A stretch of DNA of 64,000 nt from an uncultured Muribaculaceae bacterium (GTDB taxonomy: Bacteria; Bacillota_I; Bacilli_A; RF39; UBA660). Positions 20,839-28,906 of this stretch are shown here, in pieces (the first letter of the stretch is position 1; the number at the start of each line of letters is the position of its first letter). The notes beneath the pieces are model-generated. The model worked only from the letters and a program-made list of their open reading frames with translations, ran no database searches and was not told the origin of the DNA. Position numbers and translations under genes: made by a program. Location: positions 19,294 through 83,293 of the forward strand of contig CAZGWM010000001.1 of NCBI GenBank assembly GCA_964529195.1, given 5' to 3'.

Positions 20839-21015
20839 ATGGCTAAAAACGTATCAAGTAGAAAAAAGAAATCAGTAAATAGAAGATCAAAAGCAATGAA
20901 TAAAACTAAAGATTTTCAAAATTTAAATCTTCAAACTGTAACAGTTGATGGAGTTAAAGTTAAGTTATCTGCAAGGGAAGCAAGAACTTTAAGAAAATCA
21001 GATCAAAAAGCTTAA
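20839..21015 (+). CDS. small highly basic protein (58 aa), unknown function
   Basis: Strong SD AAGGAGG 7 nt before ATG 20839; MAKNVSSRKKKSVNRRSKAMNKTK...VTVDGVKVKLSAREARTLRKSDQKA; followed by a terminator. Confidence 0.6.
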   Translation: MAKNVSSRKKKSVNRRSKAMNKTKDFQNLNLQTVTVDGVKVKLSAREARTLRKSDQKA

Positions 21016-21022
21016 TAAATAA

Positions 21023-21046
21023 TGCAGCTAAGCTGCTTTTTATTTT
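21023..21046 (+). terminator. Rho-independent terminator
   Basis: GCAGCTA-AGCTGC hairpin followed by TTTTTATTTT. Confidence 0.7.
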
Positions 21047-21125
21047 GCATAAGTTTTACGTCAAATTATTGTTTTTTAAAATATATGCTGATATAATAAA
21101 TCTTAGACATGGAGGATAGGAAAAA

Positions 21126-22142
21126 TTGAAAAAGAAAATTTTATTACTTGCAGTAGTAGTACTGCTTACAGCAGGATGTGGAAAAGTTCCAAAACTTGCT
21201 AGTGGAGAGGAATTAGTAGTATCATTTAAAAATGAAAAACTTGCTATAACAGCAGATGATTTATTTAATGAATTAAAAGAAAAATATGCAATTAATATTT
21301 TAATAGATTTAATTGATAACCAAATACTATTAGATAAGTATCCAAAAAAAGATGAAGAAGCTAAGGAATATGTTAAAGATCAATTAGATGATATTAAAGA
21401 ATATTATGTAGATGATAAAGGAAAATACGATGAAGAAGCTTTACTTGAAGCATTAAAGAGTTACTATGGTATCTCAACAATCGAAGCTTTTGAAGAAATG
21501 CTTACTTTAAATTATTATCGTACACTTGCTATTGAAGATTATGCAAAAGCACAAGTAAAAGACAAAGATATTAAAAACTACTATAAAAATGATGTTTATG
21601 GTGAAATTGAAGCTAAACATATTTTAATTTCATCAAAAGCTACAGAAGATATGACTGATAAAGAAAAAGAAGCTGCTGATAAGGAAGCTTTAAAATTAGC
21701 TGAAGACATCATAAAAAAACTTGATAAAGGTGAAAAATTTGATGAGTTAGCTAAAAAACACTCTGATGATAAATCTAATGCTGAAAAAGGCGGAGATTTA
21801 GGTTATTTTGGAAAAGGCAAAATGGTAGCTGCTTTTGAAACTGCCGTCTACGCACTTAAAGTTGATGAATATTCAAAAAAACCTGTTAAAACAGAATTTG
21901 GATACCATATTATTTTAAAAACCGACGAACTAGAAAAACCTTCTCTTGAAGATTCTGAAAAAGAAATTAGAGAAACTTTAGGTAAAGAAATTCAATCTAA
22001 AGATAATACAATTTCAGTAAATGCACTTGCAGATTTAAGAAAAGAATATGGCTTTAAAATTAATGATTCAAGTTTAGATAGTCAGTATACAAGATTAATA
22101 AGTAATCAATTACTTTCATTAAGACAACAAACTAATGAGTAA
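21126..22142 (+). CDS. prsA: foldase lipoprotein PrsA (parvulin-type peptidyl-prolyl isomerase), TTG start
   Basis: Lipobox LLTAGC; PpiC/parvulin domain (...KHILISSK...GGDLGYFGKGKMVAAFE...FGYHIILK); SD GGAGG then TTG. Confidence 0.85.
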   Translation: MKKKILLLAVVVLLTAGCGKVPKLASGEELVVSFKNEKLAITADDLFNELKEKYAINILIDLIDNQILLDKYPKKDEEAKEYVKDQLDDIKEYYVDDKGKYDEEALLEALKSYYGISTIEAFEEMLTLNYYRTLAIEDYAKAQVKDKDIKNYYKNDVYGEIEAKHILISSKATEDMTDKEKEAADKEALKLAEDIIKKLDKGEKFDELAKKHSDDKSNAEKGGDLGYFGKGKMVAAFETAVYALKVDEYSKKPVKTEFGYHIILKTDELEKPSLEDSEKEIRETLGKEIQSKDNTISVNALADLRKEYGFKINDSSLDSQYTRLISNQLLSLRQQTNE

Positions 22143-22144
22143 AA

Positions 22145-22180
22145 TAAAAACTAGAAATTTACTTTCTAGTTTTTTTTATT
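22145..22180. terminator. bidirectional terminator between prsA and the convergent membrane-protein gene
   Basis: AAAACTAGAAA-TTTAC-TTTCTAGTTTTTTTT, A/T-flanked on both sides. Confidence 0.6.
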
Positions 22181-22464
22181 GCATATTTATTAATTTCTTT
22201 TAATTTGGCATTCATAAATGCTAAAAACACAATTATACAAAACACTAACAATATTCCATCAGCTATATAGCCAAGTAATTTAACCTTATTTATATAGTTA
22301 ATTACTATCGAAACAATTGCAATTATAATTCCGCCAAGTGATGCAAAAATTAAATTGTTTGCTTTTTTATATACAATTGATTCTTTTTCATTTAAAAATT
22401 CTTTTTTTACTTCTTTTTTCTCTTCTCTCGATAATCTCTGGTAATATAATTTCATATTATTCAT
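22159..22464 (-). CDS. hypothetical small membrane protein
   Basis: 101 aa with two predicted TM helices; overlaps recX by 8 nt. Confidence 0.5.
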   Translation of the reverse strand: MNNMKLYYQRLSREEKKEVKKEFLNEKESIVYKKANNLIFASLGGIIIAIVSIVINYINKVKLLGYIADGILLVFCIIVFLAFMNAKLKEINKYAIKKTRK

Positions 22465-23203
22465 CTCCTACTATTTCATTTATTAAATCTATATCATATC
22501 CTTTTTGATATAGTTTTTCTTTTACTACAAATTTTAATTTACTTGGTTCTACTTTATTAATTTGTTTTCTATATATTTTTTCATATTCTTTTTTAATAAA
22601 TTTATAATCATCCACTTCAATTTCATTTAAATAATTGATAAACATATCTTGATTATAACCTAGGTTAAATAAATAATTTGATATATTATTCTTAAGAATT
22701 TTTTTAGACATTTTATTATTTGCTTTTACTTTTTTATCAATTAGTTTAATTATTTTTTCACTAAAATCTTTATCAATTATTATGTTGTCTTTTATTCCCA
22801 GCTTAATTAATTCCCTTTTTATTTTTTCAGGTCCGTTATTTGTTAAGTTAAATTGATCATTAATATAACTTTCCATATATACTTTATCATTTAAATAACC
22901 TTGAGCTGTTAATTTTTTTATTGTTTCATCTATTATTTTATTTGAATGGTTGTGTTTTTTTAAGTATTTTTTTATTTCTAAAGTTGATCTTAATTTAGTA
23001 TTTAAATATTTTACAGATATATAATATGCTTCAATATTTTGATTTTCTTTTATTATTTCATCCATTTCATTTGAAGTTATTTCTTCTTTATTAAGAAGAT
23101 TATATTTTATGATTATATCTTCATATAAATCAACCTTGGAAGTATTATCAAATGTTAATTCATATTTACTATCTCTTATTTTTTTATATTTTATTATTTT
23201 CAT
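22457..23203 (-). CDS. recX: regulatory protein RecX
   Basis: Tandem three-helix RecX repeats (..YISVKYLNTKLRS..EIKKYLKK..; ..YINDQ..GPEKIKRELIKLGI..). Start taken at MKIIKYKK (ATG 23203) after SD AGAGGGA; the track's upstream ATG has no SD. Confidence 0.7.
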   Translation of the reverse strand: MKIIKYKKIRDSKYELTFDNTSKVDLYEDIIIKYNLLNKEEITSNEMDEIIKENQNIEAYYISVKYLNTKLRSTLEIKKYLKKHNHSNKIIDETIKKLTAQGYLNDKVYMESYINDQFNLTNNGPEKIKRELIKLGIKDNIIIDKDFSEKIIKLIDKKVKANNKMSKKILKNNISNYLFNLGYNQDMFINYLNEIEVDDYKFIKKEYEKIYRKQINKVEPSKLKFVVKEKLYQKGYDIDLINEIVGDE

Positions 23204-23259
23204 TTTTCCCTCTTTTTTATTATATCTTTTATAAAAAGAAGTAGCAACAAAAAACAAGT

Positions 23260-24633
23260 TTATTTTTTTTCACTTGTTTTTTTATTTTCTGGAGTTTTTT
23301 CTTTTGGTTCTTCCTTTTTTATTTTTAAATCTTCTATTTTCTCTTTTGGTTTATCTTTTTTTACTTCTTCTTTTCTTGGGCCTTTTTTTATTTTTTTTAG
23401 GTTTTTTGCTTGAAGAATACTTATAATAGTTATAAGCACTAGTAGCCCGCTTACTCCTGCTCCGATAATCATCATAATGTCTAATTTATTTAAGTTATAT
23501 AAATAATCTTCTTTATTAAATACTTGAAGAGTTTTATTTACTTTATCATAACTATAAAAGTTTTCTTCATTATTATTTGTATTGATTCCATAAATTATGT
23601 AGAATTTACTGTCATCTTTTATTTTTAAGATATTCAATTCTTCATTGTTAATATTTACTTTATAAGTTTTCATCCCTTTTAAAGTTTGATTATTATCAGG
23701 TACATATATATTAAGGGATTGTGAAGTAATATATATGAATTTATTTACTACTTTACCATTTTCAAATATATAATATGATCCATTTCCTTTTGAGTTTGTT
23801 GCATATATTATAGTTAATTTTAGTTTTGAATTATATAGTCCTTTTATTTCTTCTGAGTTTATTACTACTTCAACTTCATTAAAATTACTTGGAGTTTTTT
23901 CAGGTAATTTTCTTGCCACAAAAATATCTTCATCTTTATATTTTATTTTTATAGGATCTTTTTCTGGAACTGTTATTTTCAGTAAATAAGTTTTTAAAGC
24001 ACCATTTTCTGCTTTAACCGATACTTCAACTTCATTTTCTCCTTCAATTAGATCTATTAATCCAGTTCCAGAGACTGTTGCCTTATTATGATTTACTCTA
24101 GCAGATATATTTACTGAAGTTATTCCTGGATTAGTGATGAATATATATTCTAATTTATTTTTATCAAATTCTAGTTCATACCCTTCAACCTCAAGTGAAG
24201 ATAAACTATTATCTGATGAATAAACTTTATTTACTGGTTTTGATATAGTAACAGTTGTTCCAGATGATGAAGGATTTAAATGTTGAACAGTTTTAAAGTC
24301 TGCTATTGCGGCATTATTTATTGAAATGCTGGCCACACCTTCTGCTATTGCTCTAAATGTATATGAGTATGTTTTTACTTTGTATGAGCCATCTCCAGAA
24401 TCTGCTACTCCTGTTGCTCCACTAACTAAAGTTAATTTACTCGAGTCGTATGTTAAATTATATTGCCATGATCCTAATGTATCAGTACTACTTACTCTTA
24501 CTGTTACATTAAATGTATTATTTAAATTAACATATGACTGGCTACTTGAAGCAGTTATACTTCCTGTAGCAGCATATATTTTCAGCGGAAACAGCAATAA
24601 AAATGCAATTATTAATAATATTTTATTTTTCAT
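23260..24633 (-). CDS. membrane-anchored surface protein: signal peptide, cohesin-like domain, cadherin-like beta-sandwich domain, C-terminal TM helix and Lys/Glu-rich cytoplasmic tail
   Basis: N-terminal region ...SYVNLNNTFNVTVRVSSTDTLGSWQYNLTYDSSKLTLVSG...SYKVKTYSYTFRAIAEGVASISINNAAIADF... fits the cohesin fold pattern. Residues ~140-225 fit the cadherin-like (PF12733) pattern. TM helix IMMIIGAGVSGLLVLITIISIL then a KKIKKGPRKEEVKKDKPKEK... tail. Confidence 0.55.
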   Translation of the reverse strand: MKNKILLIIAFLLLFPLKIYAATGSITASSSQSYVNLNNTFNVTVRVSSTDTLGSWQYNLTYDSSKLTLVSGATGVADSGDGSYKVKTYSYTFRAIAEGVASISINNAAIADFKTVQHLNPSSSGTTVTISKPVNKVYSSDNSLSSLEVEGYELEFDKNKLEYIFITNPGITSVNISARVNHNKATVSGTGLIDLIEGENEVEVSVKAENGALKTYLLKITVPEKDPIKIKYKDEDIFVARKLPEKTPSNFNEVEVVINSEEIKGLYNSKLKLTIIYATNSKGNGSYYIFENGKVVNKFIYITSQSLNIYVPDNNQTLKGMKTYKVNINNEELNILKIKDDSKFYIIYGINTNNNEENFYSYDKVNKTLQVFNKEDYLYNLNKLDIMMIIGAGVSGLLVLITIISILQAKNLKKIKKGPRKEEVKKDKPKEKIEDLKIKKEEPKEKTPENKKTSEKK

Positions 24634-24642
24634 TTTATTCTC

Positions 24643-26610
24643 CTATTGTGATATTTTTGATATTCCTAGTATATGTTTTTGAATTATTAATAAGTCTAGT
24701 ATATCTATTTTTCCATCTTTATTTACATCGGTAGCTTCTTTATATACACCTGTTTTTAGTGTTACATTAAGGATGTGTTTTTGAGTTACTAGTAAATCTA
24801 GTATATCTACTTTACCATCTCCATTGTTATCACCATATTTAACTATTGTATATGTTTTAGTACCATTATTAGTTATTGTTATTTTATCTCCAGTTGCAAG
24901 TGTTTTGGTGTTGTTAATTGTTACTTTAGCCGATGGAACTTCATTTTTTAATAAAGTATTTAAAGCGCTTCCTGTATCAGGGATATTTTTACCACTTATA
25001 ATACTAGATTTATTATTAACACCGATTATTGATATTATATCATCTGGTGATAAGTTTGAAGACGCTACTTTATTTACATTTACTGTATATGTTGTTGTAT
25101 TACCAGCTGCAGCAGTTACAATTATTTTTAAAGCAGTGCTCGAGCCAGTTAGATTTTGTTTACCCACTCCTGATACAGTTGCTTTTGAGTTAGTTGCTTT
25201 TGCTGTAATTGTTACATTTGATGTAGATTCAGTTACTGAGCAGTCATAATTAACAGCATTTGGTGAAAATCCCGGCATTAAAGAACATCCCGTTACGCTT
25301 AATGAACTTAATGTTGCATCTTGATTCTCAGTAGAACTTAATGAAGTAGATGCAGGCATATTTCTAAAATAAGGGATTTTAAATGTATATGGAAGTGTTA
25401 GTACATTATTATTTTTATATGAATTATATGTTATTCCACTTTCGGTTCTTGGCGCTTCTATATTTTGCATGTATTGATGCCAAAATGTTGCTGGCGGAAC
25501 AACGTCAAATTTTTGAAAATAAATAGTATCTTGCCCAGGTGTGCCTCCTGGTCCATTATTTATATAACTATTTGATAATAATTTTGATCCTTCAATAATT
25601 GATTTTTTAGGTGTATTCCAATTTCTAGAACTGTTTGCAGCATATGCTAAACCATTAAGAATAATTTGAGCAGCTCCAGTTCCAGTTGCACCTATATTAA
25701 AGAAATTGTAATATCCAACATACTGCCCATTATATCCCTCACCTAAACTAAGAGATGATCCGTTTCTACTTTGCTCAACTAATACTCTACTTACTAAATG
25801 AACTGGATTTACTCCAGATGTGACTGCTGCTTCTTTAAATATTGCAAAGTAAGTCATTCCTGATTTTAAGTCTGTTCCAGACATAAATGTTCCATTTAAA
25901 ATAGAAGTTATTTCTTGATCGTAGTTCTTATTTTTATCATATGATAACTGCTCAAACATAAATATATGACTTTCATTAAAGAAGTTTCTTGGATCCATAA
26001 AATATCCGATTGTTTGCTTGCTTGCTGCATAACAACCATTATCAAATGTATACCATACTCCATTTCCAGCATAAGCTGCATCATCAGTACTTCTTAGTGA
26101 TGTATCACTGCTGCATATTAAGTTTCTACTTACTGAAGATGCTTCTTGATTAATTACATGTGACCAGTCATATCCAGTGTCAAAAAACACAAAGTTCCAG
26201 CTTGGATATTTAGTTTTTAATACAGCTAATTTTTGTGCATAACTATCGTTAAAACCTAAGTTTTTAAGTGCAGTTACAGTAGATGATGGTACTTCTATAT
26301 TTGAATTATCCTCAGGTGCTGATACTAAAGTTACCCATGAAGAACAAAGGTAACCTTTAGTTCCCTTATAATTAATATGGTACCAATTACTATCACACCC
26401 ATTTTTTGTTCCTGCATTTGTATTTAATATTTCTACTTCTGCTTTATATGATATTACTTGTATTACAATAGAATCAGAAGTTGTCGGTTTACTTCTTAGG
26501 TTAATTCCATTGGTTGATTCTATTATTCCAGTTGTTGCTGCTTTAACATTTTTAGGTATGATTATAAATGAAAAGATTAATAATAAAGTAATTATTTTCT
26601 TCATTAACAA
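24643..26610 (-). CDS. secreted peptidoglycan hydrolase: SH3b domain, family-73 N-acetylglucosaminidase domain, cadherin-like domain, C-terminal type-I dockerin
   Basis: Signal peptide; SH3b (GINLRSKPTTSDSIVIQVISYKAEVEIL); glucosaminidase motifs (...NGQYVGYYNFFNIG...GQDTIYFQKFDV); cadherin-like (DATLSSLSVTGCSLMPGFSPNAVNYD...TYTVNVNK); two dockerin repeats (DNNGDGKVDILDLLVTQKHIL / DVNKDGKIDILDLLIIQKHILG). Confidence 0.75.
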   Translation of the reverse strand: MLMKKIITLLLIFSFIIIPKNVKAATTGIIESTNGINLRSKPTTSDSIVIQVISYKAEVEILNTNAGTKNGCDSNWYHINYKGTKGYLCSSWVTLVSAPEDNSNIEVPSSTVTALKNLGFNDSYAQKLAVLKTKYPSWNFVFFDTGYDWSHVINQEASSVSRNLICSSDTSLRSTDDAAYAGNGVWYTFDNGCYAASKQTIGYFMDPRNFFNESHIFMFEQLSYDKNKNYDQEITSILNGTFMSGTDLKSGMTYFAIFKEAAVTSGVNPVHLVSRVLVEQSRNGSSLSLGEGYNGQYVGYYNFFNIGATGTGAAQIILNGLAYAANSSRNWNTPKKSIIEGSKLLSNSYINNGPGGTPGQDTIYFQKFDVVPPATFWHQYMQNIEAPRTESGITYNSYKNNNVLTLPYTFKIPYFRNMPASTSLSSTENQDATLSSLSVTGCSLMPGFSPNAVNYDCSVTESTSNVTITAKATNSKATVSGVGKQNLTGSSTALKIIVTAAAGNTTTYTVNVNKVASSNLSPDDIISIIGVNNKSSIISGKNIPDTGSALNTLLKNEVPSAKVTINNTKTLATGDKITITNNGTKTYTIVKYGDNNGDGKVDILDLLVTQKHILNVTLKTGVYKEATDVNKDGKIDILDLLIIQKHILGISKISQ

Positions 26611-26708
26611 CCACCTCTACTATATATAATTATAACATATTTTTATTTACTATAAATTATGGAGTAAACTTATTTACGACAAATAGACAAAAAAAGAGCA
26701 ACTGCTCT

Positions 26709-27005
26709 TTATAATTTTTCGATTACAGCAATGTTTTTTTCTAAACATCTAACTAAATCATCAGGATCATATTTAGCAAATACTTCACTAAACTTATCAG
26801 GATTTGTTAAAAACAAATGTGCGTGATTTAGTAATGCTTCTTTATGATTTTTGATTCTTGTTTTTTTAAGAGTATCATAATTAACTGCTACTACTTTTGG
26901 AAACAAAGTTAATTTCTCTTTTACTTCTTCAGAAAGTTTTGTTTCTAGTTGATTTAATTCTTCTTTAGTAAATCCAAGATCTAGTAAATATAACATATTA
27001 AACAC
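26709..27005 (-). CDS. hypothetical protein (98 aa), translationally coupled to the upstream coiled-coil protein gene
   Basis: ATG 27005 overlaps the upstream stop (26998); no family recognised by eye. Confidence 0.5.
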   Translation of the reverse strand: MFNMLYLLDLGFTKEELNQLETKLSEEVKEKLTLFPKVVAVNYDTLKKTRIKNHKEALLNHAHLFLTNPDKFSEVFAKYDPDDLVRCLEKNIAVIEKL

Positions 27006-28392
27006 TCCTTACATTTTCAGCTTGTTTTGCTTTACTTAGTAAATTAGTTATATCTGCTCCATTTAAATCTGTTCCAAGTGCAAGAGCAGCTTCTTCTAAA
27101 TGTTTAAGTTTAATTGTTGGAAGTACATCAAGTACATATCCAATATTACTTGGTTTTTGATTTGAATCTAATAATTTATTTACTATACCACTAAATTCTT
27201 CATAAGATATATCTGTTAGTACATTACTTGAGGTATATATACTGTTTAAATCTATTTTATTTTGATCTAATAGATCAAATACTTTTTTAAAGTTTTCATA
27301 GTTATAATTATTTCTTAATTTATCTTGAATATCTCTTTCAAATCTATTTACATCAAGTGCATATGACCTAAAGAATTCATCAATTGAGACTCTTTCAACT
27401 GTTTTAACTCCATCTTCTTTTATATCAGCATTTAATTCTTCTTCAGAAATAAATTCAGCTCCAAATATATCTGGAATGTTAAAATCATCAAATGAATTAG
27501 AGATACTTTCAACCATTGGTTCCTCTAACTTTTCTTCTTTTATAGGTTCCTCTAACTTTTCTTCTTTTATAGGTTCTTCTAATTTTTCTTCTATGATAGG
27601 GTTATTTAAATTGAGTTTATCTAATGTTTCAAGTGTTGGTAAGTCTTCTTCAAATACTTCTGGTAATGTATCTAACTTTTCTTCAACGCTTTCTTCTAAT
27701 TTGTTTAATTCTCTTGCTGTTTTTCTTAAACTTTCTAAAAAGTCATTTGTTTCTACTTCTTTTTTTTCTTCAATTGGTTTTGTTTCAACTACTTTTAAAT
27801 CTTTATCTAGTGATGCAATTTCATCAAAAACTTCTGTTTTAGGAGTATTTAATTTCTTTTTATTTTTTGCTTCTTTTCTTATAGCTAAATTACTGTGGTT
27901 TAATCTAGCATAATCAGAAAGTCTATTTAATTCTCTAGCGTAATACTCATGTGCATTTTTTAAATTTTCTAATCTTTCTTCTTTAGTAGCTTTATCTTTT
28001 TTTAAGTTTAAAAGTAAATCTTTTATACTTCTTGCTTTTTCAGTTAATTCAGCTATTGAATTATTATGATTTGATATTTTATCTTCTTTTTCTTCTATTT
28101 TAGAGTTTATTTCTTTATCTCCAGCTTCTACTACTGCAGTTAAATTCTTTGAGCCAAATTTATCTTGTAATAATCTTAAGTCTGCTCTTAGAGAATTTAT
28201 TTCTTCTTCTAACTCGGCTATTTGTTCTTTAGATAAATCTACTTCTACTTTATATTCTCTTGCTTCTTCTACTTTTTCGTTTATTTTTAAATTTACTTTT
28301 TCAAGTGATTGTTCTAATTCTTCTTTTTCTTTTAATAATTCCTTTAATATATTAGCTAATTTTTTATTAATATCTTCTATAATGGCTTTCAT
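26998..28392 (-). CDS. coiled-coil protein with an internal acidic tandem repeat (EEKLEEPIK x3) and a globular C-terminal domain
   Basis: 464 aa; N-terminal heptad-rich Glu/Lys/Leu coiled coil; 30-bp DNA tandem repeat at 27518-27607. Confidence 0.6.
   Translation of the reverse strand: MKAIIEDINKKLANILKELLKEKEELEQSLEKVNLKINEKVEEAREYKVEVDLSKEQIAELEEEINSLRADLRLLQDKFGSKNLTAVVEAGDKEINSKIEEKEDKISNHNNSIAELTEKARSIKDLLLNLKKDKATKEERLENLKNAHEYYARELNRLSDYARLNHSNLAIRKEAKNKKKLNTPKTEVFDEIASLDKDLKVVETKPIEEKKEVETNDFLESLRKTARELNKLEESVEEKLDTLPEVFEEDLPTLETLDKLNLNNPIIEEKLEEPIKEEKLEEPIKEEKLEEPMVESISNSFDDFNIPDIFGAEFISEEELNADIKEDGVKTVERVSIDEFFRSYALDVNRFERDIQDKLRNNYNYENFKKVFDLLDQNKIDLNSIYTSSNVLTDISYEEFSGIVNKLLDSNQKPSNIGYVLDVLPTIKLKHLEEAALALGTDLNGADITNLLSKAKQAENVRSV
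27518..27607. repeat. 30-bp tandem repeat x3 (third copy degenerate) inside the coiled-coil protein gene
   Basis: GGTTCCTCTAACTTTTCTTCTTTTATA occurs at 27518 and 27548, with a degenerate copy at 27578; it encodes the EKLEEPIKE repeats on the minus strand. Confidence 0.8.
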
Positions 28393-28474
28393 GTGGTAGC
28401 CTCCTTTTATTCTAATTAAAATTATAACAAAATATAATTATTATGTAAATAGTATTAACTATTAAAAAATACCA

Positions 28475-28906
28475 CTATGTGGCATTTTTTCTAGATATTT
28501 TAGAATATATTTCTTTATCATTTTCTTTTGTTTCTTTTATTTTTTTATTCATTTTATCTTTAATAGTATTTGAGTAACCAGTAAATGTTTCATCTCCAAT
28601 TATAGTATAGGGAACCCCCTTTACCTCTTCATTAAAATAAGATGCTACCTTTTCCATTAAAATATAGTTTTTTTCATTATACCAAACTTCAAATGAATAA
28701 ATATTAACATCTTTTTTATTTAAAGTTTTTAAATATTCTTTTTCTTTTTCACAATTAGGGCATCCCTCTCCCCAAAATAAGTATATATTTAATTTATCAT
28801 TATTTATATTAGAAGGACTCTCTTTAATAATAATATTTTTATTATTTAAAATAATTATTAATCCAGATAATATAATTGGTATTACTAGGAGTATTTTTTT
28901 ATTCAT
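28475..28906 (-). CDS. extracytoplasmic thioredoxin-like thiol-disulfide oxidoreductase (CPNC active site)
   Basis: N-terminal signal/TM then YLFWGEGCPNCEKEKEYLK (CxxC in thioredoxin-fold context); overlaps the upstream ASST gene by 8 nt. Confidence 0.6.
   Translation of the reverse strand: MNKKILLVIPIILSGLIIILNNKNIIIKESPSNINNDKLNIYLFWGEGCPNCEKEKEYLKTLNKKDVNIYSFEVWYNEKNYILMEKVASYFNEEVKGVPYTIIGDETFTGYSNTIKDKMNKKIKETKENDKEIYSKISRKNAT

Noticed and set aside
27518-27607. 30-bp tandem repeats as a possible CRISPR or other repeat array
   Set aside because: Only ~3 contiguous copies with no spacers, located inside an ORF and encoding a peptide repeat (EEKLEEPIK). No CRISPR array is present anywhere in the window.
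28393-28474. Weak hairpin (CCAC-TAT-GTGG) with flanking T/A tracts after the coiled-coil gene as a terminator
   Set aside because: The stem is only 4 bp; too weak to call.
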